Positions 21,489 through 33,949 of a stretch of DNA of 64,000 nt are shown here, piece after piece. Numbering within the stretch: the first letter of the stretch is position 1; every line of letters starts with the position of its first letter. A program made the position numbers and the translations under genes. Source of the DNA: Emiliania huxleyi CCMP1516 (Eukaryota). The notes under the pieces were generated by a model. That model made no database searches and was not told the origin of the DNA. It saw nothing but the letters and a program-made list of their open reading frames with translations. The stretch is from contig NW_005201792.1 in the NCBI RefSeq assembly GCF_000372725.1, positions 165,452 to 229,451 on the forward strand, read 5' to 3'.

Positions 21489-24188
21489 TCAACTCGCGGC
21501 GGCGCCGCTCGCCGCCCGCTTCGCGGCCCCCTGCTTGCCCGCGACCCGCCTCTCGGCGGGGTCGAACCCGCCGTCGGTGGCGAGCGGGTCGTAGACGGCC
21601 CACGACGGCGTCGGGGCCGCGTACTCGGCGGCGGTGAACTCGGTGCCGTTGGCCTGCCAGTCTTGGTACAGGTCGAAGAAGCGCTCGTAGTCGATCCACG
21701 TGTGCCACACGCCGTCGCGGCAAAACGCGTCGGCGGCGATCAGGACGCAGTTGGAGTGGGCGTGCTCGGACGCGATGGTGTAGCCGGGGCCGGCGGCGGC
21801 GGCGAGCCGCTCGCAGTAGGCGCGCACCTCGTGGTGGAAGGGGCACTCCTTGATGGTTAGGGGCGACGCCTGTGGACCCACGGGGCCGGTGTGAGCAGGA
21901 GACGTGGAGAAGAGGCGCGGTCGACTCGTGCGCGAGGGGCGAGGCCTTCGAGTCGCCGCAGTAGGTGACGCCCTTGACCTCGATCAGGTCCGGCGCGCCG
22001 CGCCGCACCAGCTCCGCGTACGCGTCGAGCTCGGAGTCGTTCCAGCCGTTGACGAGCGTCAGCCGGAAGACCGTGCGCTGCCTATGCACTCGCGCCTCAT
22101 CGTCAGTCGCTGTCACCCGTCGGGAGCGTGGCCGGAAGAGCGTGCGCGTGCCGCTTGCGCGCGAGCAGGCCGACGCACTCGTTGAACCGCTCCCAAAAGT
22201 CGGAGAAGAGCGGCCGGTCCACCGCCTTGAGCTGCTCGCGCGTGGGCGCGTCGATGGAGATGTAGAGCTGCGTGCACGGAACGAGCTGCTCCATCTCCTT
22301 GGGGAACTGCGCGTTGGTCACCATGAAGGTGGAGATGCGGCGCCGGTGCAGCTCCGCGAGAAACGCGTTGATGCGCGGGTAGATGATCGGCTCGCCGACC
22401 AGCGAGAGGGCGCAGTGGCGGACGCGCCGGAGGGCGTCCTCGAGCCGCTCGGGCAGGATGCCTACCCGCGCTCCACCTCGGTCCACCCCGGCCCAGCCTC
22501 GGCCAGCCTCGGCCAGCCTCGTCCCGTCTCGTCCCATCTCAATCCCGCGTCGTCTCGAGCCGCTCTCTCTCTGGGGGGGGGGGGGGGTAGTGCCTGGCAC
22601 GCCGCGCAGCGACTTGACCATCTTGAGGTGCTCACGCTCGAAGCCCTCGACGAGCTCGTGCGGGTCGTCGACCTCCCAGCGGAAGGAGGTGCCGACCGGG
22701 TTGTCGTGGTGCCGCCAGCAAAAGACGCACTTGTTTGCGCACGCGAGGGACGGTGTCGCCTCCATGCACGAGTACGAGGCGATGCCTATCAGATACTACT
22801 CACAGCTGCCGCACTCCGCTCGCAATCCCCTCCTCCTTCTTGCGGCCAGCAGGCGGGCGGGGAGGAGGCGCCGTAGAAGGTGTGCTTGTAGCAGCCGCCC
22901 CGCCCGCGCAGCATCGCCTTTGTCCACCGGCACAGCTTGACCCCCGAGTGCGAGCCGACGATCTTGTACCCCTGCTTCGTGAGCGACTTGCGCAAAGACT
23001 CACTCACCATCTTCTTGCGACCCTCGCCTGGAGCGCGAGCACGCAAGGCTTGAGGCTGCGAGCACGGCATCGCGGACCGCACTCTTGCCGACTCGCGGAC
23101 TCTTGCCAACCGCTACGCGCTGCGTGTCGTCTCGCGCTCGCTCTTCCACAACGGCGCTGTGCGAGGCATACGTCGCACATCTAGAGCCCCCTCGCCGCCG
23201 GCCGCCGCCGCGCGCTTGCTCATCCGCGCGCCCAGGTCCTCGACGTCCACCAGGCCGCCTATCAGCCAGCCATTCATCCATCCCTTCGCAGAGCCTCGCA
23301 GGGACGCGCCCTCCGCTTGCACTGTGGTGGACCGCTGTCCGACAGCCCGCCCTGATCTGCATCCTCCTCCTCCCCGTCCTCCTCCCCCTCCCCCTCGTCC
23401 TCCTCGTCCCCGTTCTCGTCCTCCAGGCCGACGGCGCGGCCATCCTGCCCGCCCGCCGCCTGCTCCGCCCCCGCGCTCCCATCCCGCGCCGCCCCCCGCT
23501 TTGCCGCAGCGTCTGCGCCGCTTCGCGGCCTCGCCGCCGCCGCCAAGCTCGGGACCGCGCGCGCGCTCCACTCGCCAAACTGCTCCGAGAGCCGGTTGTC
23601 GATGTCGTCGCCCCAGCAGGAGCGGGCGACCCGCACCCCCCCGAGCCGCCGGATCGACCCGTCCAGCCGCCGCGCCGCCGCGTTGAAGTCGCGGCGCGGG
23701 TACTCGGAGTTGCCGCACCCAAACACGCTGAATCGCAGCGAGCGCAGGTCGAGATCAGTGCCGCGAAAGTCTGCGGCGGCGCTGGCGAGCGAGTCCACCG
23801 CCGCTTCGCACCCCGGGGGCGGCACGCCGCCCTCGTACGTGGCGATGACAAACGCGGCGCACTCCAGCGATGTGAGGCCGTCCGTGTCGTACCCGATGAG
23901 GCTCACCGTCTCGGCGGCGACGCCCGCCTCGCGCAGCGCGGCGGCCAGCCGCTCGGCGAGCCGGCGGCTGCCGCCCTTGAGCGTGCCGTAAAACACGACC
24001 ACCGGCTGCCTGCCACTGGCGGGTCGGCCGGCGGCGGCGGCAGCGCTGCTGTCGGCCGCTGATGCTGCAGCGCTGGCCTCGGGCGGGGACGGAGCGGCCC
24101 CAAAGATGACGTACACGAGGGTGAGAGCAAATATCGAGAGAGCGGCTAGGAGGGGTGCGGGCAGCAAATCGAGGCGGAGCAGGCTCAT
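21489..24188 (-). CDS. TYW1: tRNA wybutosine-synthesis protein 1 (flavodoxin plus radical SAM), multi-exon
   Basis: Flavodoxin VFYGTLKGGS..VFGCGNSEY; KQGYKIVGSHSGVKLCRWTK; MEATPSLACANKCVFCWRH; HCALSLVGEP; IEVKGVTYCG; WIDYERF. Confidence 0.95.
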
Positions 24189-24368
24189 CAGGTGGCCAGG
24201 TGGCGCGCCCGGCAGCCGTGCAGCGCGTGTCTTTGAGAAAAGAAAACGATTCCGCGCCCGAAAAATTCTTCATCAACTGCGCCCACACGTCGAAACAACT
24301 ACCATGGAGACAACTCCCATGGTCCATGCCACACTACTTCTGTAACGCCGCTGCAGGCACGACGCGCC

Positions 24369-25301
24369 GCGCTCACTCGTCCTCGGCCGAGATTGCGATC
24401 AGGTGCATCTCGGGGCGCGGGAAGAAGGGCAGCGCCTTGAGGCCGTACTGGCCGCAGTGGAGCGGCACCTGCCGGCCGGCGGGCGCGGGGAGCGTTGGGG
24501 GCTAGGCAAAGGGGCAAACGGCGGCTGGCGAGCGAGGGTCAGGTGGGGGCGGCGCCTGCATGCCAGAGTGCTCGGTGCCGCGGCAGATTGCGGAGGCGCT
24601 AAAGTCGAGCTCGTCTCGGACCGCTCTCACCAGGTCGCCCAGCGTGAGCTCGGCCGAGAGCTGCAGCGAGCCGAGCAGCGCCTGCGACGCCGCGACGCGC
24701 ACGCGGTGTTGGGGCACACGGCGCACGCACCTCTCCCGCGAGTGCCGCGCCGAGAGCGCGCGCGCTCTCTCTCTTCTCTCTGCGCCTCATCGCAGCACTC
24801 GGTGTGGTACACCATGAGCTCGCGCTTCCCAGTGCTGCCGAGCGAGGCGGCGAGCCCCTCCACCGAGAGGACCGGCCGCGCGCCGCCGCCGCGACCCGCT
24901 CTGCTCGTCTCACCGCGCTCTGGAGCGCCGTTGCTCGATGCGGGCCGGCCGCTGCCGTCGCCACTGCCGTCGCCACTGCCGTCGCCGTCTGGGTCGTGCG
25001 AGGTGAGGTCGTGGATCCGCTCTGGCCCCGGCCGCCCTCTATCTACCACCCGCGCGCCGCCTTCGACTAGCAGCGCATGCACCAGCGGGTCCGTCTCTCC
25101 GGCGTCGCGTGCGCTGGCGTGCGAGGCTGGCGCGAGCAGCTCGGTGAGAGCAGGGTTGGCGCGCGCGGCCAGCGAGCGGAAGCAGCCGCAGCGTGGCAGG
25201 CCAGCGACGAGGACCGGCTCGCCAGGCAGGCCGTCCAGCCGCATCACCGGCCCGACGCAGCCGCACTCCCGGCAGTGGCTTCTCGGCGAAGCGGGCTCCA
25301 T
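24369..25301 (-). CDS. Hypothetical protein with N-terminal Cys motifs and a possible ubiquitin-like C-terminal fold
   Basis: HCRECGC..RCGC; later LGSLQLSAELTLGDLVRAVRDEL..LKALPFFPRPEMHLIAISAEDE*; spliced. Confidence 0.4.
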
Positions 25302-25312
25302 ACGTGTGTACA

Positions 25313-25438
25313 CACTGGCGAGGTACTTCCAGCCTGCTGTGAAAACAGGTGACCAGTCTCGCCGAGGCTCGCCCCAGCACTCTCGGGTTGACTCGGCCAG
25401 ACTAAAACCTCGAGAGGCGTGGGAGTACCTCGCCAGTG
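25313..25438. mobile_element. 126 bp MITE
   Basis: TIR CACTGGCGAGGTACT/AGTACCTCGCCAGTG; flanking direct repeat TACA. Confidence 0.75.
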
Positions 25439-26750
25439 TACACATAAATTTTTTTCCAACAATATACCTAATATATTCAGTCCCTGCATGCACGCGGTGC
25501 TCTTCTTTATTTCTTGGAAAGAAAAATAATCTTCAAAGTTTCCCGGTAATCTGCTCGGGGCGGCGGCTGGTCCCCCGGTCAGTTGCAACCGTGTGCCGAA
25601 ATAGATGCTCGCGGGCAACCAGCGGGCCTCGCTGCTCTTGCTCATCGAGCAGAGCGCGACTCGCGCCGACACAACGTTGCGTCGCGAGCGGGCGGCAACG
25701 AGCCTCCAGGCTTGTGAGCGAGGGAGGGTCGCCCGCGCCCGCGTCGCTTCGCCTGTGAGTCAGCGGCAGGTGCGGATTTCCGTCTCGCCTGGGACCTTTG
25801 CAGCGGCGCCTGCGACCCCGTCAGCGACCTCTGCAGCGGCGCCTGCGACGTCGGTAGCCCCTGCAGCGGCAGCCTGGACGGCGGCTGCCCCGACAGCAGC
25901 GGCGGTTCCCGCCACCACCGTCTGCACCACCGTCGCAGACAGGGCGAAGCTGGCTCACCTGGAAGTTGTGACGAAGCTGGCTACCCTGGAGTGGTGGTGC
26001 TTCGGCACGCCCTACACTGCCTTCCGCGAATCGAAGACGCAGAGGGTCAGCACCGTGGCCACCCCTCGCACGGCAGGGGGGAACCGCTCGCGGGTGGCTG
26101 CCCCCGACGCCACCGGCGACGACGACGAGATGCCGCGCTTCCTCCATGACGCAGAGGCGCAGCTTCGCCAGTTCCAAGTGTGAGGTGGTCACCCCTTCAT
26201 CCAGCAGCGCTCGGCGCCGGCGGTCCCGTGCTCTCCAAACAAACTGTGCACAGGACCCCTACTCTCAGGGGTCGTGATCTGTGCGTACCTGTCTCTGTCT
26301 CTCGGTCTGCGGTAAGTACGGGTCTGGTCCGTCTGGTAAGGGACCTTCTTTGCCCTATTATTTTGTATACAGGGAAAACATTTTTCTTGAAAAACTGCTA
26401 AACGGCAACGCGCACAGTTTTATAAAATAATAAAAGTTTTCCCATTTCCGAAAACGGTAAGATGCATAAGAGGACGCGGGAAATACCTCCAAATAACACA
26501 ATATGAGAAAATAACTCGAGGTGCAGGGGCCACCACCGTCCACGGTTCAGAGGCTCGGATGTTCTCTTCTCCTTAGACGAGCTTAGTCGCGACCCCGACG
26601 CCGAGGAAGAAATAACGCACTTTCTTTTCGTTGGACGTTGCATTCTGAGTGCATCCTTTCAGTGTGCCGCCTGTGTTAGTGCCAGCACGTGCCAGTCGCA
26701 GTCCGCGCCTGTGTCGAGCCTGTCTGCTGTGTGAGAGAGTTGCTTGGGGG

Positions 26751-26932
26751 CACTTGGAGCACTTGGAGTGCAGTCAGTAACCTCACATCCAGGGCCGGGG
26801 AGCTAAGAAGCGCACCCATTGGGTTAGTTAAATTCTTCAGCAGCGTGGAATTTTGTTATCCCCCCCGCCCCCAATGAACACACCAGAAGAGGGAGGGCGA
26901 GACGATCGAGGGGTCCCGTACCATGCGGAATC
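26751..26932 (+). repeat. Dispersed repeat family B; also ~11628-11680, ~35415-35524, ~43557-43804 and ~60215-60270(-)
   Basis: Shared blocks CACTTGGAGCACTTGGAGTGCAGT and polyC-AATGAACACACCAG..GAGGGAGGGCGAGACGATCGAGGGGTCCCGTAC. Confidence 0.8.
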
Positions 26933-27246
26933 ATCCCAGTGCCGAACAGCGCAACAGTTAAATTCGCGCGACCAAAATAGGAGCGTCATTTTGTACCCCC
27001 TTTTCCCCTACTTCGTGGGGACCCCCCCGCCGGTCGGATACACCGTCGCAGGTGGTCTGCCCCCGAGGTGGACCGGACCCCCCCTCCGGTCGGTCGCTCT
27101 CTCGGCGACGGGAGATGTGACGACCAACCCCCCCCCCCCCCCTCGGTCGGTCGGTGTCCTTGCCGTGAGCCCCCTCAAACGCTCTCCCTCCTTCTCTCGC
27201 GAACCGCCACGGGCGGTTCAAAATCGCCGCCCGGTTTTCACTAACT

Positions 27247-28524
27247 ATGAAAACTAGTTACGCAGCCAAGCGAGGAGACTTCTTCGCCGAGGCCCCCGCG
27301 AGCGAGCCCGACTCCACCCGGGTGCACCGGGACCCAGCTGTGAAGAGTCCGCAAGGGTCCGTGCCAAAATGGCCAAAATCGAGCCTGATTTTGCCGACTC
27401 TGCAGTGGCCGCAGGCGGTGATGGCGGACGCCGACGAGCCTCACGCGCCGGGCCCCACCTCAGACAGTACCTCCGGTGGGCTGCATCCACTCACCGCGGG
27501 GCTGCTCGCTCGCCATGATCGTCGATGTGCACCGACGGCGACCGCCCTCTCGAAGCGCCCGGCTGACTGGCCAGCCGCCGAGCAGGAGCGAGCAGCCGTT
27601 CGAATCCGCGGTGCAGCGCCGCGGATGGCGAACCTCGAGCCGGTGGAGAAGACCGCGGTCGTGTCGGACTCGTTCGGCGCCGATGCGGCGCCAGCAATTC
27701 GGGCGCGGCCGACTCGCTCCAGTTCGGCGCAGCTCGCCTTGGAGCCCACCGCGCTCTTAAATCGCCTCGAGACCATGCTCCTCGGCAACCAACCCGTCCC
27801 CGCACCCTCCAACGAGGTCAGCATCGTCGGCGAGGTCACCAACGGCATCATCATCGCCGCGAAAGCTGCCGTAAACACGCTCTTTTTGTCGCAGCGGCGC
27901 GGCGCGCTGATGGCTCTCCAGATAAAGAACCTGAAGAAGGCTGCGCTGGCGTACCTTGTGTGGGACCTACGCGGCGAGCTGGCGGGCGCGCGACTCGAGC
28001 AGGCGGTCGTGTACGGCAAGCGGCTCGAGACACACGCGAGCGGCGTGGACAAGGAGTTGGGCAAGTGCAAGCGGCGGCAGGCGGGCGCGGAGGCGCTTCT
28101 CGCTGTCGTTCCAGAAACTTTGCAGGACGTGCCGACGCCAGAGGAGCCCGCGGTCGAGGAGGAGCCGGCGGTCAAGGACCTGCCTGCCAGCGACTCCCGT
28201 CCCGACGACGCGTCTTCGGACAGCGATCGGGAAAGCGTCTTCGAACGCCGGGTGACCCGTCGGATGATCGACGCGGGCCTGAACGAGGCGCAATTCGATG
28301 ATATGCGGGACGTTTACGGGATTCAGCTCGCCCACGAGGACAAGTGCCACGAGTGTGCCAAGCTGCAGGCTCGGGCAGTGAAACTGTATGATATGCTCCT
28401 CCCGTACCTCGAGCGCGACTGGGTGCCACTGGAGGAGGCATTCCAGCGGCTCGACCTTGTAGACGCTCGTAAACGCTCGGGTACCCTGGGTCGTGGGTAT
28501 GATAGTGACATAACATACGTGTGA
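27247..28524 (+). CDS. Hypothetical intronless ORF, probably element-borne
   Basis: 425 aa with protein-like composition in the C-terminal two-thirds; flanked by related motif blocks. Confidence 0.45.
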   Translation: MKTSYAAKRGDFFAEAPASEPDSTRVHRDPAVKSPQGSVPKWPKSSLILPTLQWPQAVMADADEPHAPGPTSDSTSGGLHPLTAGLLARHDRRCAPTATALSKRPADWPAAEQERAAVRIRGAAPRMANLEPVEKTAVVSDSFGADAAPAIRARPTRSSSAQLALEPTALLNRLETMLLGNQPVPAPSNEVSIVGEVTNGIIIAAKAAVNTLFLSQRRGALMALQIKNLKKAALAYLVWDLRGELAGARLEQAVVYGKRLETHASGVDKELGKCKRRQAGAEALLAVVPETLQDVPTPEEPAVEEEPAVKDLPASDSRPDDASSDSDRESVFERRVTRRMIDAGLNEAQFDDMRDVYGIQLAHEDKCHECAKLQARAVKLYDMLLPYLERDWVPLEEAFQRLDLVDARKRSGTLGRGYDSDITYV

Positions 28525-29341
28525 TACACTACCAAAACAGGGCCGCGGGGGGGGCGTTGGGGGCCGCTGGAGGGCCGCTAGACCCTTCCCGGGCCCCTCC
28601 GGGGGGGTCCGGGTGCACCCGGACACACATATGTGGAGTATCCACGCAGTCGCAGGCCTGATCCTGCTTGCCGTCGCTTTGTACCTCGAGGTACAAGCTC
28701 TGGCAGCGCTCCAATTCTCCACAGTAACGCGCGCATCGTCCCTTCCCTCCCTCCAGGAGTTCTACTGCATGCTGGGCCCGTGGGCGCGCGGCCGGCAGAA
28801 GGAGGTGCTGGCCGCGCTCAAGCGGCTCGTACAGCGTGTCGCCGGCGAAGCTAATCGGACGACGACGACCAGAGCGTGCTCATGGACGACGGCTCGTGTT
28901 GCGATCCAATCCTGAGCGTCTCGAGCTCAACTCGTCGGACGACGAGGATTGATTAATAGGCGGGGAGAGGGCGCTTGCTGTCGCTCGAGTAGAGAACTAA
29001 TTTATTCACAGCTGCGGCGAGGGTGTGCGGTGTGACCCTCGAGCCAACCCGACCCGCGACCGACCCCCCCCCCCCACCCCCACCCCCCCCCCCTCGGTCT
29101 GCGGACTGCGCTCCGACCGACCGGACCCCCCCTCCGGTCTGCGGTCTTCCGCGGCCGCCGAGCGGACCCCCCCCTGCGGTCGGTCGGTCTGCGCTGGGCG
29201 CTCAAACCGCGAACTCGGCCTGTTCACTACAAGCCTTCATAAAATTCACCCTCGGGTATGTATGTGTTTCTCTCTCTCGGGTATGTGCTTTTAGCTTACT
29301 GGGTGGGAGAAAAGAGAGAGGGGGTTGCGTTCTCTAGGCCC

Positions 29342-30613
29342 CTAAGGGCCCTCTCTCTCTCGGGTATGTTCGTAAGAGCTACATACACTGACAGCGTCGT
29401 CGGACTCCAGCGTAGAGCTCTTGTCCCCACCCCTTCGTCTCAGCCTCGCCCTTTGCCACAGCCACCATGCCACCGCGGCAAGCAGGATGGTGGCGAAGGC
29501 GGCTATAGCCGCAACGCCGATTTTGATGAACCGCTTCCCGATGGCGCCGATGGCGCTGCCCGCCTGCTCGAGGTCATTCGCACAGCCGGCGCAAGGCGGC
29601 GAAGGCGAGATCGACGGCGGCGGGGAGGGTGGTGGCGGCCGGCTCGGAGGCGGCGGTGGTGGGGTTGGGGACGACAAGGGGGGTGGGTCCGGCGACGGGG
29701 TCGTGTCGTTGCTCGGGCAACCGTCGCATCCGGGACAGGCCTCATTCCAAGTGCCACAAACGCCGACCGGGCCGGGCGACGGCGTCGGCGACGGCGACGG
29801 CGTTGGAGAAGCAGGGTCGGGAGCGGTGCCGCCGGTGAGCTTGCTGAGGTAGCCCTCGTAGTTGGCCCTGCGCACCGCCGCGCCGGAGCCCGTCCAAGTG
29901 CCGGGGAAGGGCGCGCTGCAACCGCTCTTGATGCAGTTCATCGCCGTGTCGATGCGGTGATCCTGCAGATAGTAGGGCGAGACGCTCATCATCCAGTAGG
30001 CGAGCGAGCCGGCCCAGAAGGTCTGGCCGTCGTTGCAGATCGAGTCGGGGTCGGCGCAGATGTCGATCTCGAGCCCAATCTCACGGAGCAGGGTGTTGGC
30101 CTTGGCGTAGTTGCAGTTCCAGGTCAGCTGCAGCGCGCCCTTGCCGTACCAGCAGCTGTCGCCACTGTGCGGCCGCCCGTCCCAGTCCACGCACGTCACC
30201 TGCCCCGACGTGCCGCACGCGTCGGCGGGTAGCGAGCCCGTCTTGTCGAAGTTGTCTGTTGTCGGCACCGGCACTTGATAGCACTTCCCCCAGAGGGCGT
30301 CGCGGTAGTCCTCCGCGTTGCCGCCCGAGCAGACGCCCTGGCATGGGTTGATGTACTCCGCACAGGCCACGAAGTCTGCCGACTCCTGCGCGGCATTGCC
30401 GAGGAAGGCGGCGAGCGTGAGAAGGTTGTTGCCGGCGTCGGCCTCCGCAAGGAAGGGGATGGCGGCGAAACGTGCGTTCCACGCGACGACCACCTCGCAG
30501 AAGTCCTCCCACGTCGCTCGGCTCGACCCGAGGAGTAAATCCGCGTCCGGGTTGATCCCCTGCTGTTGGATGGCGGAGTGAATGCTGAGGCTGCTGCAGG
30601 CGTCGGAGGACAT
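29342..30613 (-). CDS. GH19 chitinase-like protein with Pro-rich stalk and C-terminal TM
   Basis: LAAFLGNAAQES..CAE; YGKGALQLTWNCNY; DICADPDSICND..SLAYWM; TM IGVAAIAAFATILLAAVAWWLW. Confidence 0.8.
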   Translation of the reverse strand: MSSDACSSLSIHSAIQQQGINPDADLLLGSSRATWEDFCEVVVAWNARFAAIPFLAEADAGNNLLTLAAFLGNAAQESADFVACAEYINPCQGVCSGGNAEDYRDALWGKCYQVPVPTTDNFDKTGSLPADACGTSGQVTCVDWDGRPHSGDSCWYGKGALQLTWNCNYAKANTLLREIGLEIDICADPDSICNDGQTFWAGSLAYWMMSVSPYYLQDHRIDTAMNCIKSGCSAPFPGTWTGSGAAVRRANYEGYLSKLTGGTAPDPASPTPSPSPTPSPGPVGVCGTWNEACPGCDGCPSNDTTPSPDPPPLSSPTPPPPPPSRPPPPSPPPSISPSPPCAGCANDLEQAGSAIGAIGKRFIKIGVAAIAAFATILLAAVAWWLWQRARLRRRGGDKSSTLESDDAVSVCSSYEHTREREGP

Positions 30614-30738
30614 GGGGACAGCAGACGGTGACTTGCGATGCGGGGGACCCTTGGCCTGTGGTGCCCTGGCTTCAAAGAGGGGCGCGGAGAGGGCGGCTTC
30701 AGCTGGTTGTAGAAAAAACTTCTTCGCGCTTACGCAGT

Positions 30739-30741
<3 letters not shown>

Positions 30742-30830
<89 letters not shown>
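30742..30830. repeat. (CA)n microsatellite
   Basis: Read directly. Confidence 0.98.
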
Positions 30831-30831
<1 letters not shown>

Positions 30832-31134
30832 ACACCACACCACACCAAACAAGAAGGAAGGAAGAGTTGGTCCCATGTGCATGTCCGTCTCCGTCTCTGC
30901 CCCACCCATCGGCCCCATAGCCACCCACCTATGCAAGCGTGCGAGCAACGAGGCGCGCCGGCAAGCGCGGCAGCTGCCATCAGTCATGGTTCATGGGACA
31001 TGGCAGACGCTTAACACAAGCGCGTCACGCTCCACGATCGGACTCCTACTTGCAAGTGTGGACGGCCTGGCTCGTGCACACGTCAAGCTGTGACAGGGAC
31101 ACGATGCCGCCGACTAGAGCGCCAACTGCGTCCA

Positions 31135-31428
31135 TCACTTGTCGCCGTGATCGATGACCGTATCCTCATCGATGAACATCCCAGGAAGGAGGACCACAAA
31201 CATAAAGGCGGCCATGACAGCCCACGCGACAAACATGGCTTCGCCCATGTCATCAACCTTGAAGGGCAGCTCAAACCAAAGGAACGACGTAAGAACAGTC
31301 GCGCTCGCGGCGAGCGCGTAGGGCAGGCGGTCAGAGAACTTGGGCGGCGTGTAACGCCGTGTAGCCGTGGCCTCCAGGGGTTCCGCAGCGTTAGAGACTC
31401 CCAGCTTTCCCGGCTTTCGAAGAGCCAT
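31135..31428 (-). CDS. Small hypothetical two-TM protein
   Basis: 97 aa ORF with two hydrophobic segments. Confidence 0.4.
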   Translation of the reverse strand: MALRKPGKLGVSNAAEPLEATATRRYTPPKFSDRLPYALAASATVLTSFLWFELPFKVDDMGEAMFVAWAVMAAFMFVVLLPGMFIDEDTVIDHGDK

Positions 31429-31613
31429 ATAACCACGTGAGGGTGATCAGCTCGAGGCGAGTCGTGAAACGCCGCGGGCACAGTCGTGAACGCCGTTCAC
31501 AAGAAAATACCTGGGGTGGGGCTTTGCGCTGGTCTGTGAGAGGTTGAGGTGCGAGTTCACATAAGAAACAAGAAGTTCACATCTTCACAGAATCAATACA
31601 TAACGAAACACTC

Positions 31614-31616
<3 letters not shown>

Positions 31617-31695
<79 letters not shown>

Positions 31696-31779
31696 AGGGA
31701 GAGAGAGAGCGCGCGCGAGAGAGAGAGCGAGCGAGCGAGCGAGAGCGAGAGCGAGAGAGAAAGCGAGCGAGAGAGAGAG
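31617..31779. repeat. (GA)n microsatellite; another at ~17691-17745
   Basis: Read directly. Confidence 0.95.
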
Positions 31780-31894
31780 CCTGACCGTATAAGAGAGCAA
31801 AAAGGGCTCTGAAACTGCTAATAAATGGTGATGCGAGAAGCGAGAGGAGGGGCAGGGCATTCGAGGACCACGGTCCACGCCAACGGCGACGCTA

Positions 31895-33475
31895 TCACGA
31901 CTTTGTTGCCGCTGGGGCCGCTGCCTGGGCCGGTTTCTTTGCTGCAGTTGGTGCCGGCGATGGCGCCGCGCTGTTACTGTCTACTCCCGCCTTTGCCTTC
32001 GCCGCGCTGTGAGCTGACGTCGGTGCCGGCGCCGGCGCCGATTTCTTTGCGGCAGCTGCTGGTGCCGGCGACGGCGACGCGCTTTCCACCCTTGCCTTCG
32101 CCTCGCTGTACCTCTTCTGCCTGTGAGCGACAGCGTGGCGCAACTCAGTGGCGATAACACTTTAGAATCTGGGGCGCCTCCCTTGGGGTCCTCGCCTCGC
32201 GGGAAGCAGCGTCTTCTCGACGTACTTGCGACACGCGTCGTGCGTTTTAGTGGGGACGGATAAGCCACCATAGGACCCCGGCTGGTCGCTCGTGCCTTTC
32301 CCTCTCGGCTCGATCTCTTCGATCTTGTCACCCTCGGCGACGAACATGACCCACGCGCTGCTTAGCTTCTTGGCCCGGGCGTCCGCAGCATCTCTGTGGG
32401 CGAACCGCGACTCTCCTGGCGGATTGTTGATGAGCACGTACTCCTTCTTGGCAAGCTTGGCGAGAGTGACCTTCGCCTCTGCCGCTGCAGCCTCAGAGGC
32501 CCCTGGCGCCGCTGACGCCGCGGACGCCGCTGACGCCGCCACTGCTCGACCTGCTTTCTTGTTGAGTGCCTCCCCCTTGACCTGAAGCGCCTCCATCGTG
32601 AGCGCGTGAGCCTGCTCCATCATGGCGATCACATCCGCGTCGGTGAGGCCTCTGGTTTCCAAGCTCTTCATCTCTAGAAGAGCCTGAGTCGTGATGTCGA
32701 TTCTCTCGATGTCCTCCGCATTCTTCGACTTGAGTGCCTTCATCTGATTGGACGCGAGAAGCTTTAGTTGACGGATAACGTGATGGAAGACATCGTCAGG
32801 AAACGGCTTGAACTCGGCGAGCGCGTACGTTACGAACTCGTGGCGCTGGACTGTGCTTACTGCGCCGTCCTTGCCTGCAACCTCTTTAAATTGCTGCTGC
32901 ACCTCCTTGCCACCGTCCTCAGGCGGCAGGTACAGGGAGCTCCACGTGGAAAGGGTCACTGCGTCCTCCGCCCTCGGGTCGATCACGTCGTACAGCTGCC
33001 CGAGCAACACCTCACGTTTCCCCGCCTGGAGCTTGCCCGGCTGTCCGGTCGGACAGAGCCGCATGGGCAGTGGGAGGACTCCGGGCGGCCTCTCTCCACT
33101 CCGAGCCAGGGCAACCGCCGCGCCAAAATCATTCTGCCGCGACGGCGCCGTGCTGCTGTGGCCCAAAGGCGCGCCACCGACGGCGGCACGAGTGACGAAC
33201 CGAATGTTCTCAACGTTGATGTTGCTCGGGATGTCTGCAGCTTCCTTCGCTCGGACTCCGACGCCCACGTCAAACTGGATCGAGTAGCTGCCGTCTGCAT
33301 TCTTTTCGAGGATAGTGCCTGGATGGAAGTCTTTTCCCCCAACATTGGCCATGACATGCGTGCCGGCCTTCAGCTTACCTTGCGCTTCCGCCTCTGCACC
33401 CCCCAGCACATGCTCGACCACCTTCTTCAGGGGCATCGGTCGGTTGTGGAGTGGACGGCCGCGGCGCGAACCCAT
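31895..33475 (-). CDS. Hypothetical protein with a Tudor-like domain, EF-hand-like region and Ala/Pro-rich tail
   Basis: LKAGTHVMANVGGKDFHPGTILEKNADGSYSIQFD; long ORF plus a probable terminal exon at ~31895-32120. Confidence 0.55.
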
Positions 33476-33949
33476 TTTTCTTTTTTCCCGTAGTGATCGC
33501 AAGGCTCTTGTACCTTAAGCGCGGTCGTCCGCGCTACATATCGCCTCGGCCGATACGTATCGCTGGAGGGTGCTATGCAGCGCCCCTGTGTATAGCGCCT
33601 GGCTGGCGGTGATACCAATCGGCGCCGCTCCATATCACCTGGTGCGCTTTAATCGGTCAGTGCTACCCATATCGCTGCCGGGCGACACGTATCGGCAAAG
33701 CGCTGCGCCCGCTCAACGAGGCAGGCGGGGAAAGAGCAAAGAGACACACCTCTCTCGGCTGCCAAGAACGTCGAAGTGCAAAGACAGGCGGTGCGTGAAT
33801 TTCAATTTGCGTCTCGACTTGAAAACGTATGGGGTGTCTTTCCAGCACAAGCGCGCTGTTACGCGCCACAAGGAATGCATACGCATGTGAGCGTGTGTGC
33901 CACTATCCGGATACTTTGTACTCACTTCTCGGTGGCAGCGGCCCATGCG

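Noticed and set aside
30614..30928. N-terminal extension of the GH19 ORF (VCVC..)
   Set aside because: It is the translation of the (CA)n microsatellite
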